DNA from: an uncultured Fibrobacteria bacterium
GTDB taxonomy: Bacteria > Fibrobacterota > Fibrobacteria > UBA11236
Length of the DNA stretch: 64,000 bases
NCBI GenBank assembly: GCA_963716395.1
Contig: OY970309.1
Coordinates: 2,624,001 to 2,688,000, forward strand
Direction: 5' to 3'
Shown here: piece after piece, positions 40,605-50,914 of the stretch
Position numbering within the stretch: the stretch's first letter is position 1
Layout of the letters: every line of letters begins with the position of its first letter
Program-made: the position numbers and the translations under genes
The notes under the pieces: generated by a model
What the model saw: only the letters and a program-made list of their open reading frames with translations
What the model was told of the DNA's origin: nothing
The model's database searches: none

Positions 40605-42239
40605 ATGCCGTCGAAAAAGCTGAGCTCCCGCACCAATGCTTATCTCAGCGCGCTGACGCTGATCGTGATTTTGACGGCTGTCGGCGTCGTCAGCGAAATT
40701 TTCTACCACAAACGGCTCGACCTCACCCGCGACAAAGAGTTCACCCTGAGCTCGGCCGCGGTGAAAACCCTGAATAATCTGCCCGATATGGTGACCATCA
40801 AGGTGGTCATGTCCAAGGATTTGCCCACCCAGTTCCTGCAAATCCGCACCTATGTCATCGATCTGTTGGATGAATTCCAGGCCCGTTCGCACGGCAAGCT
40901 CAACTTGGTGTTCGAGGATCCCGGTGACGACGCGAAGAAGCGACAAGAGGTGACCTCGCTCGGCATTCAGGAAGTGCAATTGCAGGAGCAGAGCAGCGAA
41001 GGCATGCAAATCAAAAAGGGATTTTTCGGACTGGCCATGACCTACGGCGACAAGAAAGAGGTCATTCCGGTGCTGGAAAACCTGCAAACCTTCGAATACG
41101 ATCTCATCGTCAAATTGAAGAAGCTGACCGGCGCGGTCAAAACCGTGGGGGTGATCGAGGGAAGCGGCGGGGAAAAATTTTCCTTCACCCTGCCGGGGTC
41201 GCCGCCTAAAACCACCACCGGTTTCGACGAGAACTACACCACGCTGAAACAGGAAATGGACAAGTTGTACAAGGTCAAAAACATCGACGTGAGCCATGGC
41301 CCGGTTCCCGATGATGTCGATTTGGTGCTGGTGGCGGCGCCCAACCACCTGAACGAATACGAGAAATTTTATCTCGATCAATTCATCATGAAAGGCAAGG
41401 CGGCGATTTTTTTCACGCCGGGCGTCACGGTGAATCTGAGTTCGGGCATCAACGGCACGGCCACCGACAACGGGTACGAAGACCTGCTGTCGCATTACGG
41501 CCTCGGGGTCGAGAAAAACGTGATTCTGGAGGCGCGCAACTGGGAACTGGTGCGTTTCGGCAATTCATTTTTTCCGACGCCCTATCCTTATTGGATCGTG
41601 GTGGGATATAACACGCTGGATGCGGACAATCCCATCACCTCGAAATTGCAGAGCCTCAGTTTTCCCTGGACCTCCTCCCTCGATATCGATACCACATCCA
41701 AGGATTCTTTGACCCATACCGTGGTGCTGGCCCGCACCAGCGACCAGGCCTGGGAAGAAAAGAACAGCTTCTACCTGTTGCCTCGCGATCTCAAGGAATA
41801 CCTGCCGATCAAGCAGCATGCCTTTCCCTTGATCGCGCTCAAAACCGGCAAGTTCACCTCGTTCTACGCTTCGCATCCGATCCCCAAGTCGGACAGCACG
41901 GTGAAAATCGATTCCAGCAAGCTGGTCCGTTCTTCGCAGGGCCAAAGCGCCGTCATGGTCATTCCCAACGCGCTGTTTGCCACCGACTTTTACGTGGGCT
42001 ACACCAATGCGACGGGCAATTTGAACCTGGTCCTGAATGCCATGGATCAGTTGGTGCTCGACCCCGATCTCATCAATGTGCGCAGTCGCAACCTCGAAAC
42101 CACGCCCATTGCCAAAGCCAAAATCGACGCCGATCGAATGCCGATCACTCTCATCAACATGATTCTGGCTCCCGCCCTGCTCCTGGCCATGGGAGTCTTC
42201 ATCGGCATGCGCCGGCGCAGAATGGAGGCCAAGGCATGA
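40605..42239 (+). CDS. GldG-family ABC auxiliary protein
   Basis: RLDLTRDKEFTLS, FEYDL, LDQFIMKG and a C-terminal TM segment. Confidence 0.88.
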   Translation: MPSKKLSSRTNAYLSALTLIVILTAVGVVSEIFYHKRLDLTRDKEFTLSSAAVKTLNNLPDMVTIKVVMSKDLPTQFLQIRTYVIDLLDEFQARSHGKLNLVFEDPGDDAKKRQEVTSLGIQEVQLQEQSSEGMQIKKGFFGLAMTYGDKKEVIPVLENLQTFEYDLIVKLKKLTGAVKTVGVIEGSGGEKFSFTLPGSPPKTTTGFDENYTTLKQEMDKLYKVKNIDVSHGPVPDDVDLVLVAAPNHLNEYEKFYLDQFIMKGKAAIFFTPGVTVNLSSGINGTATDNGYEDLLSHYGLGVEKNVILEARNWELVRFGNSFFPTPYPYWIVVGYNTLDADNPITSKLQSLSFPWTSSLDIDTTSKDSLTHTVVLARTSDQAWEEKNSFYLLPRDLKEYLPIKQHAFPLIALKTGKFTSFYASHPIPKSDSTVKIDSSKLVRSSQGQSAVMVIPNALFATDFYVGYTNATGNLNLVLNAMDQLVLDPDLINVRSRNLETTPIAKAKIDADRMPITLINMILAPALLLAMGVFIGMRRRRMEAKA

Positions 42240-43333
42240 AACGGACCTTGATCGTGCTGGTGTGCGCCCTGCTGGTGCTCGCCGGGTTGCTGTGGAAAAA
42301 GCACAGTGAATTCCAGTCGGAAGAGGCCAACGCTTTCGTATTCGACACCGCGCAGAAGGCCGGTGTGACCTCGCTCAAGGTCATCGAGAAGAAAGACACG
42401 GCCGAGTTGCTCAAAGTCGGGAATCAATGGGTGACGGCCCGCGACAGCTTTCCCGTCGACACTTCCAAGATCGATAAGAGCTTGACCGCGCTGCTGCAGC
42501 TGCAGGACAAGATCCGGGTTTCGACAAACCCTGCGCGCCTCAAGGAATACGGCCTGGATTCGTCGCAGGCCAAATACGTCGCATGGCACGGCCCGGGCGG
42601 CAAAACGGCTCAGGTGATCTTGGGCAAGACCGCCTCCACCGATTACAGTTCGACCTATTGGAAATGGGTCGGCAAACCCGACGTCTTCGAAACCCCGGGT
42701 AATTTCACCTGGCAAATTTCGGCGCGCGACCTCGACTGGAAGGATCGTTCACCCTTCCACGTGGGCGAGAAGGATATCCAAAACGTGCAGGTGGAATGGC
42801 GTGACAGCACCGGCACCCCTTACTCCTACAAAATCGATGTGGTCAACGACACGACCTACCGCATGGTGGAGCCCGAATCCTCATTGGTGACCCGCAACAA
42901 GGCTCAGGGAATCCTGAGCGAAATCGGTTCGCTGAGCATCGACGATTTCGTGGCCAAGGGTGACACCAATCTTTCCAAGATTCGGCTGGATACCCCCATG
43001 ATTTCCATCCACTTTATGACCAAAACCGGCAAGAGTTACTCGCTCGCCGGCAGCCAAGCCATCAACAATTACGTCTATGTCCGTTATTCCACGCGCAAAG
43101 ACACGGTGAAAATGGGCGGTTGGCGCTTCAACAACATGAAGAAGAAGCCGTTCGAGTTGGTGCCCCAGAAAATGCCGCCGGCCCCGGCGGCCGAATCCCC
43201 GGCGAAAGAAAAGCCGGGCAAGGCCAAGGAAACCAAGGTTAAAAATCCGGGGAGCAAGGCGATGATCAAGCCCGAATTCAAAGCGCCGGGCCAAAAACCC
43301 CCGGCGAAAAAGCCGGCCGCCAAATCCGGTTAG
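42236..43333 (+). CDS. DUF4340-family protein
   Basis: N-terminal anchor, EYGLD, ILGK and W.DR motifs; standard fourth gene of GldAFG-like operons; Lys/Pro-rich tail. Confidence 0.75.
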   Translation: MKRTLIVLVCALLVLAGLLWKKHSEFQSEEANAFVFDTAQKAGVTSLKVIEKKDTAELLKVGNQWVTARDSFPVDTSKIDKSLTALLQLQDKIRVSTNPARLKEYGLDSSQAKYVAWHGPGGKTAQVILGKTASTDYSSTYWKWVGKPDVFETPGNFTWQISARDLDWKDRSPFHVGEKDIQNVQVEWRDSTGTPYSYKIDVVNDTTYRMVEPESSLVTRNKAQGILSEIGSLSIDDFVAKGDTNLSKIRLDTPMISIHFMTKTGKSYSLAGSQAINNYVYVRYSTRKDTVKMGGWRFNNMKKKPFELVPQKMPPAPAAESPAKEKPGKAKETKVKNPGSKAMIKPEFKAPGQKPPAKKPAAKSG

Positions 43334-43379
43334 TACCTTACAAGTTACGGCCGCGGTGCCGCCCAGGAGTTAAAAGGGT

Positions 43380-44039
43380 TTAAACCGCGTCCGGCCAATC
43401 CAGTTCCGGGAGGAGCGCCATGCGGTCCTCCAATTTTTTTTGTAGAACGCCGGCGCGCAGGTGCGCCCCCTCCGGAAGGTCGCGGAGATTGCAGGCGAAG
43501 TCGCGGTGGGCGCGGCCCTGCCGATAATCGGGTTCGCGGCTGGGCGACCGCAAATGACGCTCCCACAGCGAAAGCGGCGCCTCGATCAGCAGCGAGGCCA
43601 GATACAGGGCGCAGTCGCGCGGCATATATAGCGAAGCACCCGACACCTTGCGTTGGTTCCAGGCCAAATCCGAGAGGCCGCGCGCTTCAGTCGCGAGGTT
43701 GAATTCGCGCTTCAGGGTGTCGCGGATCAAGCCGTTGCCCAGCGCGAAAAAGGCCGCCGGACCGAGGTCGGTCCGGCGGCGCAGGCGCAAGGCCACGCAC
43801 AGGCAGCCGGCCGAAAGCAGCACGGCGCCGCCTCCGCCCCGGCGCCGGTAAACCGGAATGCCGTCGGCCTCGGCCGCGGTCAGATGCAATTCGAGGGCGG
43901 GATTTTGCGACGCCCCGATCACCAACAAGGGGCGCTCGGGCATCCATACGCGGAAAGGGGCGACGGCGCGATCGAGCAGATCTTCGCCGGTGGGGAAGGG
44001 GTGGATATGCCCGGCTTCGGGGTAACGGAGAAGTTGCAT
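43380..44039 (-). CDS. Lipoate-protein ligase A family protein
   Basis: RRRGGGGAV, DL...RKVSG and PDYRQGRAHRDF; lies next to the PDH operon. Confidence 0.8.
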   Translation of the reverse strand: MQLLRYPEAGHIHPFPTGEDLLDRAVAPFRVWMPERPLLVIGASQNPALELHLTAAEADGIPVYRRRGGGGAVLLSAGCLCVALRLRRRTDLGPAAFFALGNGLIRDTLKREFNLATEARGLSDLAWNQRKVSGASLYMPRDCALYLASLLIEAPLSLWERHLRSPSREPDYRQGRAHRDFACNLRDLPEGAHLRAGVLQKKLEDRMALLPELDWPDAV

Positions 44040-44061
44040 ACCGCCGGAGAAGGCCGGAGGG

Positions 44062-45462
44062 TCAGAGGTTCGGCGACAAGCCGTGGCTGTCGGCGGCGGC
44101 TTCCATCACGGCTTCGGACAGGGTCGGATGCGCGTGCACGGTTTCCATGATCTCTTCGTAAGTGGCTTCGAGCTTCATAGCCAGGCCCAACTCGGCCAAT
44201 AGCTCGGTGGCCTCGGATCCCAGGATGTGTGCGCCCAGCAGTTCGCCGTATTGCGATCCGAAAATGAGTTTGACCAGGCCTTCGGTGTGGCCGATGGCGC
44301 GCGCCTTGCCGCTGGCCGCAAAGGGAAAGCGGCCGATTTTCACCTCGAGTTTGCGCTCGCGGCAGGCCTTTTCAGTGAGACCGATCGAGGCCACCTGGGG
44401 CTGGCAATAGGTGCAGCCGGGGATCTGTCCGTAATCCAATCCGTGTCCGGGTTTGCCCAGCCAATGCGCCACCGCGGTTTCGGCTTCGGCCGACGCTTTG
44501 TGCGCCAGCAGTTGCCGGCCGGCCACGTCCCCGATGGCGTAAACGCCGGGCACTGAAGTTTCCAGGTGGGCATTGACCTGGATGAAGCCGCGCCCGTCGG
44601 TTTTGACTCCGGCGGCTTCGAGTCCGAGATCCTGGGAGTTGGGAACCATGCCCACGGCCACCAACACTTGATCCACGGCGAGGGAACTCGTCTGTTTCTG
44701 CGCGTCGGCGATTTTGACCTGCGCTTCCAAGGCCTTGGTCCGCTGCACCTCGACCGTGGCGCCGGGATAGCAATGGATGCCCTGCTTTTTAAAAGCGGCC
44801 AGCAGACCCTGGGAGATTTCCTCATCTTCCACCGGCAGCAATTGGGGCAGCATTTCCACCAGATGCACTTCGGTGCCGAGCGCGTTGTAGAAATAGGCGA
44901 ATTCGACGCCGATGGCGCCGGCCCCGATAATCAGCAGTTTCTTGGGCTGCTCGCGCCGCGCCAGGGCATGGCGGTAGGTGATGAAGGTTTCGCCGTCGAT
45001 GGGGTATTGGGGAAATTGGCGCGGCGCAGCGCCGGTGGCGAGAATCACCGCACCCGCTTTCACGCTTTGCCGGGCGCCTTCGGCCGGGGTAACTTCCACG
45101 AGACCCTTGGCCAGCAGCTTGCCCTGGCCGCGCAGCACCTCCACCTTGTATTTCCGCATCAGAAATTGCACGCCGTTGCTGTTCTGTTTGGCCACCTCGC
45201 GCGAGCGATCCACGATTTTGGCGAAGTCGGCGCTGACCGTTCCGGTGTGGATGCCGTAGTCGGCGGCGCGCTGGGTCTCGCGAAAAAGTTCGGCCGATTT
45301 GAGCAGGGCCTTGGTGGGGATGCATCCCCAGTTCAGGCAAATGCCGCCCAGTTCCGCCTTTTCCACCACGGCGACTTTCTTGCCGCCTTGCGCGGCTTTG
45401 ACGGCGGCGATGTAGCCGCCGGGCCCGCTGCCGATCACCACCAAATCATATGCGCTTTCCAA
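44062..45462 (-). CDS. lpdA: Dihydrolipoyl dehydrogenase (E3)
   Basis: GSGPGG, GGICLNWGCIPTK, GAGAIG and HAHPTLSE; TTG start with RBS. Confidence 0.96.
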   Translation of the reverse strand: MESAYDLVVIGSGPGGYIAAVKAAQGGKKVAVVEKAELGGICLNWGCIPTKALLKSAELFRETQRAADYGIHTGTVSADFAKIVDRSREVAKQNSNGVQFLMRKYKVEVLRGQGKLLAKGLVEVTPAEGARQSVKAGAVILATGAAPRQFPQYPIDGETFITYRHALARREQPKKLLIIGAGAIGVEFAYFYNALGTEVHLVEMLPQLLPVEDEEISQGLLAAFKKQGIHCYPGATVEVQRTKALEAQVKIADAQKQTSSLAVDQVLVAVGMVPNSQDLGLEAAGVKTDGRGFIQVNAHLETSVPGVYAIGDVAGRQLLAHKASAEAETAVAHWLGKPGHGLDYGQIPGCTYCQPQVASIGLTEKACRERKLEVKIGRFPFAASGKARAIGHTEGLVKLIFGSQYGELLGAHILGSEATELLAELGLAMKLEATYEEIMETVHAHPTLSEAVMEAAADSHGLSPNL

Positions 45463-45508
45463 AATATCTCCTTCGCAAAACGCGGCTTAGCAACGATTCA
45501 CCCACGGC

Positions 45509-46804
45509 TCACAAGAGCAGCCAGGTGGGGTTTTCCAACGCCGATTTCAAGGTGCCCAGGAATTGCGCCGCCAGGGCGCCGTCGATGGCACGGTGATCCG
45601 CGGTGAGGGTCACCTTCAGGATTTGCCGCTGCCGCAGCGCGCCCCCGTCGTCGAGGTAAACTTCGGGCTGGATTCCGCCCACGGCCAGAATGGCCGCTTG
45701 CGGCGGGTTGATGATGGCGGTGAAGTCATCGACGCCGTACATGCCCAGGTTGGAAATGGTGAAAGTGCCGCCCTGGTATTCTTCGGGAGCCAATTTTCCG
45801 GCGCGGGCCTTGGCCACCAGGGCTTTGATTTCCTGCGACAACACCCACAGCGGTTTTTGATCCGCGCTTTTCACGATGGGCGTAATGAGCCCGCCGTCCA
45901 GCGAGACGGCCACGCCCATGTCGATGTTGCCGTGCTGGCGGATGAAGTCGCCGTAAAAAGAGCTGTTCACCCCCGGATGCCGCCGCAGCGCAAAGGCCGC
46001 GGCCTTGACCACGATGTCGTTGACCGACACCTTGTAGCCGGGCCCGCGGTGCAATTCGCTGCGCAGCCGCGCCAGCGCGTCGACCTCGATACGCTGGGTC
46101 ACGAAGAACACCGGCGTGCTTTGCGCCGATTCCAACAGGCGCCGGCCGATGGTCTTGCGCATCATGGAAAGGGGAATGTCCTGGGTTACGGCCGGTGGCA
46201 ATTGCGATCCGAACAGGGGCCGGGGCTCTCCGCCTTCGGCGGCTTTGGGTGCAGCCTGATAGGCTTCGACGTCGCGGCGGATGACGCGGCCCGACGGGCC
46301 GCTGCCGTGCACCGACTCCAGGGGAATGCCGGAGGCTGCGGCCAACTTGCGCGCCAGAGGCGATACCTTGAGTCGGCCATTGCCCGCTCCCGCGGGCGCA
46401 GCCGGCGCCGCGGCTGTATACACCGGAGCGGGGATCGCGGAAGGCGTGACCGGCGGCGGGGGCGCCGAAGATGGAGCCGCTGCCGCAGGCGCGGCGGGTT
46501 TTGCAGCCGCTTGCTTCCGGCTTTTTTCCAGGGCTTTGTGCAGATATTCGTCAATGGCTTCTTCCTGGGTGTCGGCGAGCACGGCGATGAGTTCGTTCAC
46601 CCGGGCGGCGGCGCCTTCGGCCAGCAGGATTTTGCGTACGAAGCCTTCGTCCATCGATTCGTAATCCACCGTGGTCTTGTCGGTTTCGACGCTGCACAGC
46701 ATGGTGCCCGGCTTCACGAAATCACCCTCTTTCACCAACCATTTGGCCAGAACGCCTTCTTCCATGGTGGGGCTTAAACTCGGCATCAAAATGCTGGTGG
46801 GCAT
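45509..46804 (-). CDS. pdhC: Pyruvate dehydrogenase E2 acetyltransferase (one lipoyl domain)
   Basis: MPSLSPTMEEG, ETDK, SPLARKLA, GSGPSGR, TFTISNLG and DHRAIDG. Confidence 0.95.
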   Translation of the reverse strand: MPTSILMPSLSPTMEEGVLAKWLVKEGDFVKPGTMLCSVETDKTTVDYESMDEGFVRKILLAEGAAARVNELIAVLADTQEEAIDEYLHKALEKSRKQAAAKPAAPAAAAPSSAPPPPVTPSAIPAPVYTAAAPAAPAGAGNGRLKVSPLARKLAAASGIPLESVHGSGPSGRVIRRDVEAYQAAPKAAEGGEPRPLFGSQLPPAVTQDIPLSMMRKTIGRRLLESAQSTPVFFVTQRIEVDALARLRSELHRGPGYKVSVNDIVVKAAAFALRRHPGVNSSFYGDFIRQHGNIDMGVAVSLDGGLITPIVKSADQKPLWVLSQEIKALVAKARAGKLAPEEYQGGTFTISNLGMYGVDDFTAIINPPQAAILAVGGIQPEVYLDDGGALRQRQILKVTLTADHRAIDGALAAQFLGTLKSALENPTWLLL

Positions 46805-46861
46805 GCCTCTTCCTTTCGGAAATTTTCGGCGCCGGGTGGGGCCCGGAGCCTGCATTCCAAA

Positions 46862-47842
46862 TTAATTCCGGTAGGTCACCTGGCGGACCGCCGCGATGAT
46901 TTTGGCCACCGACGGCATGGTGGCCGCTTCGAGATTGGCCGCGTAGGGCATGGGGTTTTCGCTTTGGGCCACGCGCACGACGGGCGCATCGAGATCGTCG
47001 AACAGATCGGTGTAAATGCTGTCGGCGATTTGCGCGCCCACGCCCGCGAAGAAGTGGCCTTCTTCGACGATGACCACGCGGTTGGTTTTCTTGACCGACG
47101 CCGCGATGAGCGCCATGTCGAGCGGTTTGAGCGTGCGCGGATCGAGCAATTCGGCGTCGACGCCGGCTTTCGCCATTTCCTCGGCGGCCTGCTTGGCCAC
47201 CGTCATCATGCGCGACCAGGCGATGACGGTCACGTCTTTTCCCGGGCGTTTGATGTCGCCCTTTCCGATGGGCACCAGGTATTCTTCGTCGGGCACTTCT
47301 TCCTTGAGGCTGTAACTCAATTCGTTTTCCAGAAAGATCACCGGATCGTCGCAACGGATGGCGGCTTTGAGCATTCCCTTGGCGTCTTTGGGGCAGGAAG
47401 GGGTCATCACGTGCAGGCCGGGAAAATGCGCGAACACCGACTCCATGCTATGCGAATGCTGCGAGCTGACGCGCGGGCCCGACCCGTTGGGGCCGCGCAG
47501 CACCATGGGCAGGTTGTACACTCCGCCCGACATGTACATCATGTTGGCGGCATTGGAAATAATTTGATCCATGGCCACCAGGGAGAAGTTGAAGCTCATG
47601 TATTCGACCACGGGCCGCAAGCCCATCATGGCCGCGCCGATGGCCAAACCCGTGAAGCCCGATTCGGAAATCGGGGTGTCGACCACCCGCTTGGAGCCGA
47701 AATGGTCTAGCAACCCTTTGGTGACCTTGTAGGCGCCGTTGTATTCGGCCACTTCTTCGCCCAGAATGAAAACCTTCTCGTCCCGGGTCATCTCTTCTTT
47801 CAAGGCCAGATTCAGGGCCTCGCGCATTTCCAGGACGGCCAT
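46862..47842 (-). CDS. pdhB: Pyruvate dehydrogenase E1 beta subunit
   Basis: GEEVAEYNGAYKVT, DTPISE and QHS. Confidence 0.95.
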   Translation of the reverse strand: MAVLEMREALNLALKEEMTRDEKVFILGEEVAEYNGAYKVTKGLLDHFGSKRVVDTPISESGFTGLAIGAAMMGLRPVVEYMSFNFSLVAMDQIISNAANMMYMSGGVYNLPMVLRGPNGSGPRVSSQHSHSMESVFAHFPGLHVMTPSCPKDAKGMLKAAIRCDDPVIFLENELSYSLKEEVPDEEYLVPIGKGDIKRPGKDVTVIAWSRMMTVAKQAAEEMAKAGVDAELLDPRTLKPLDMALIAASVKKTNRVVIVEEGHFFAGVGAQIADSIYTDLFDDLDAPVVRVAQSENPMPYAANLEAATMPSVAKIIAAVRQVTYRN

Positions 47843-48855
47843 CAGACACCCTCCGCATCGCGGTAAACGTGCTGGGTCAATTCTTCGACCGGAGGCTCGG
47901 GGCTTTCGTCGGCGAAGTCGACCGCCTCCTGGATGTGCGCCCGGATTTTTTTCTGCAGCGCCTTGAAAGCGTCTTCGGTCAGCCACTGGTTTTCGATCAT
48001 TTCCTGGCTGACGGCTTGGATGGGATCGCGCTGCCGGTAGGTGTCGACCTCTTCCTTGGTGCGGTATAAGCCGGCGTCGGAAACCGAGTGGCCGAAATAG
48101 CGATAGGTTTTCATATGCACCAGGGCCGGCCGGCGCGTGGCGCGCGTTTCATGCACCACGTGGCGCATGGTGTCGTACACCTCATGCAGGTCCATGCCGT
48201 TGATGGTATAGCCCTTGACACCATAGGCTTCGGCCTTGGTCGCAACGTCGGTGTTGGCGATGGCCCGGGTATTGGCCGTGCCCATGCCGTATTGGTTGTC
48301 TTCGCAGATGAAAATCGCGGGGAGATCCCACAGGGCGGCCAGATTCATGGATTCGTGGAACGAACCCTGGGCCAGGGCGCCGTCGCCGAAGAAGATGAAG
48401 CTGACCGCGTTGTCCTCGTCGTAATTGGATTTGAAAGCCGCCCCGATTCCCGCTCCGAATTGGCCGCCCACAATGCCGTGTCCGCCCAGGAAATGATGGG
48501 GCTGGGAGAAGAAATGCATAGAACCGCCTTTGCCGCGGGCGCAACCGGTGACCTTGCCGAAAAGCTCGGCCATACCTTCACGCGGGCTGCCACCCAGAGC
48601 CAGGTAAATGCCGTGGCAACGGTAGCTTGTGACCACGGCATCCTGGGGCAGTTTATGCTCCAGTGTTCCGACGCCCACGGCTTCTTGGCCGATATAGGTG
48701 TGTAGAAAGCCGGCGATTTTCTTTTGTTGATAGGCCTTGATGCTGGCCTCTTCAAACAGGCGTATGACCAGCATTTTTTCCAGCAGCAGAGCCAGTTTTT
48801 CGCTGGGAATTTTCTGGGTTTGTTCTTTCGTTTGTTCTTTCTTAACGGTTGCCAT
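47842..48855 (-). CDS. pdhA: Pyruvate dehydrogenase E1 alpha subunit
   Basis: GQEA, YRCH, GKGGSMH, GDGA..QG...N and TYRYFGHS. Confidence 0.95.
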   Translation of the reverse strand: MATVKKEQTKEQTQKIPSEKLALLLEKMLVIRLFEEASIKAYQQKKIAGFLHTYIGQEAVGVGTLEHKLPQDAVVTSYRCHGIYLALGGSPREGMAELFGKVTGCARGKGGSMHFFSQPHHFLGGHGIVGGQFGAGIGAAFKSNYDEDNAVSFIFFGDGALAQGSFHESMNLAALWDLPAIFICEDNQYGMGTANTRAIANTDVATKAEAYGVKGYTINGMDLHEVYDTMRHVVHETRATRRPALVHMKTYRYFGHSVSDAGLYRTKEEVDTYRQRDPIQAVSQEMIENQWLTEDAFKALQKKIRAHIQEAVDFADESPEPPVEELTQHVYRDAEGV

Positions 48856-49069
48856 GGTCCTCCGATGACATTGGGGATTCGTTTTTTTGGGTTCCCCCCG
48901 GCGCCCTCCTGCTGGCCCCACCCGCCGCGGAAATCATTGAACTCCGAAATTCTACGTGAATTTAGCAAAAAACACCCAGGTGAGTTTTTGATCTTTGCCT
49001 TGCATCCGACGGCGGATAAGCCATTTTGAGGTAAAGTTTGGCAAAAATGATTTCATCGTCGAGGACAAA

Positions 49070-49537
49070 ATGGCCGATCCCGTGCCCGTAGGCAAGATTC
49101 CGTCGGGACTCTTTATCGTAACCGTGGCCCATACCGGCCAACAGGAAAGTTTTTTGGCCTCTTGGATTCAGCAAGCGTCTTTTTCGCCGCTCATGATTTC
49201 CATGGCCGTGCAACCCGATCGATCCGTTTTACCGCGCCTGCGCGCGGCGGGCCGCTTTTGCATCAACATCGTGGGTCATCAAAACAACGGCCTGCTCAAA
49301 CCCTTTTGGGGCGGCTCCCAGCCCGGAGCCGATCCGCTCGAGGCAGTGGAAACCTACACCTCGGCGCGCGGCAACATTCTATTGCGCGACGCCATGGCGG
49401 CGCTGGAATGCGAATGGCGCAGCGATGTCCAACCCGGCGATCACGTGCTGGTTTTCGCCGAAGTCGTTGAAACCCTGTTGCTCAAGCCCGATGACAAACC
49501 CATGACCCATGTGCGCAAAAGCGGGGGCTCTTACTGA
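49070..49537 (+). CDS. Flavin reductase-like protein
   Basis: IPSGLFIVT, ASWIQQASFSP, GDH and HVRKSG. Confidence 0.85.
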   Translation: MADPVPVGKIPSGLFIVTVAHTGQQESFLASWIQQASFSPLMISMAVQPDRSVLPRLRAAGRFCINIVGHQNNGLLKPFWGGSQPGADPLEAVETYTSARGNILLRDAMAALECEWRSDVQPGDHVLVFAEVVETLLLKPDDKPMTHVRKSGGSY

Positions 49538-49844
49538 AATCGAAGTACCCTCGAATTCGATACCCGGGGCGTGATATGGAATTTTTCGCTGCCGCTCTTG
49601 CCCGGATGTTTGCATGCCCAACCGGTCGGAGCGCGCCTTTGGGGTTGCGGGCGTGAATTTCGCGGAATAATTTTTTCTTCGAATGGATGCAGTTGGTTGC
49701 CCGGAATTGATAAAATGAAACCCGTCGGCATTTTGCCGGCTCTGTTCCCGCTGTTTTCGGCGTAACCTCCGCCAGAGGTGAACCCAGCGGGAAAAGTTCA
49801 TAAGGTTTCCGGCGAGCGGATTTTTACAACGAAAGGGATTGGCT

Positions 49845-50867
49845 ATGAAGAAGCTGCCTTGGCTCTTCATTCTGGTTTGGCTCGGCGCCCATATTCCCGC
49901 CGCGGCGCGGGATCGCGACGGTGATGGCATTCCCGACAAATACGATCTGTGCCCCACCGAACCGGAAGACATGGACGGCTTTCAGGATCAGGATGGTTGC
50001 CCCGACCCCGACAACGACAGCGATCAAATCTGTGATCCCTGGGTGGCCGCCACCGGCCAAAGCGCCAAATACGCCAGCGTTTGCCACGGTTCGGACAAAT
50101 GCCCGAATGTCGCCGAGGATAAGGACGGTTTTCAAGATGAAGACGGTTGTCCCGACCCCGACAACGACAAAGACGGCATTCCCGACATTCACGACAAATG
50201 TCCGAACGACCCCGAAGACTTCGACGGGTTTCAAGACGCCGACGGGTGCCCCGATCCCGACAACGACAAAGACGGTCTCTGCGATCCCTGGGTGGCGCAA
50301 AAAGGCCTGAGTGCGAAGTACGCCAGCGTCTGCCACGGCTCCGATCAATGCCCGGACGCCGCCGAGGACTTGGATGGCTTTCAGGATGAAGACGGCTGCC
50401 CCGACCCCGATAACGACAAAGACGGCATTCTCGACATTTACGACAAATGCCCGAATCAACCCGAAACCTTTAACGGCGTGCAGGATCAAGACGGCTGCCC
50501 CGACAAGGATCAACCGCCGCTGTCGCCGGTACAGACTTTTCCCATGGTGCAATTCCGCAGCGCCACGGCCGAGTTGACCATGGAAGCCACCGACGCGTTG
50601 GACGGGTTCGCCAAGCAATTGGTGGAATACCCCGATACCGTGATCGAAATACGGCTTTATACCTGGTACAAGGGGAGATCGAAAGACGAATACCTGCAAT
50701 TGCTGCGCGACCGTTCCAAAGCCGTGGTGAACTATCTGATCAGCAAAGGCGTGAAGCCCGAGCAGTTGAAAGAGGCCGATTACACGTTGGAAAACATGGA
50801 AGCGTTTAAAGGTACCGACGACGACTTCAATCAGGAAAAGCCCATGGAGGCCCGCCTAATACATTAA
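49845..50867 (+). CDS. Secreted thrombospondin type-3 repeat protein with a degenerate OmpA-like C-terminal domain
   Basis: D.DGDGIPD..D.CP..PED.DGFQD.DGCPD repeats; C-terminal F...TA.L...LD...RSKAVVNYL..KGV. Confidence 0.8.
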   Translation: MKKLPWLFILVWLGAHIPAAARDRDGDGIPDKYDLCPTEPEDMDGFQDQDGCPDPDNDSDQICDPWVAATGQSAKYASVCHGSDKCPNVAEDKDGFQDEDGCPDPDNDKDGIPDIHDKCPNDPEDFDGFQDADGCPDPDNDKDGLCDPWVAQKGLSAKYASVCHGSDQCPDAAEDLDGFQDEDGCPDPDNDKDGILDIYDKCPNQPETFNGVQDQDGCPDKDQPPLSPVQTFPMVQFRSATAELTMEATDALDGFAKQLVEYPDTVIEIRLYTWYKGRSKDEYLQLLRDRSKAVVNYLISKGVKPEQLKEADYTLENMEAFKGTDDDFNQEKPMEARLIH

Positions 50868-50914
50868 TTAGCTCGGCCGGTCACGGCCGAACTTGCGGTG
50901 GGGGCTTAACTGAC

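Noticed and set aside
38947-43333. GldAFG as evidence of gliding motility
   Set aside because: GldAFG-like plus DUF4340 ABC operons are widespread in non-gliding bacteria, and no gldK-N or sprB genes are present here
49900-50510. Regularly spaced DNA repeats resembling a CRISPR array
   Set aside because: They are degenerate in-frame TSP3 coding repeats, with no unique spacers and no cas genes
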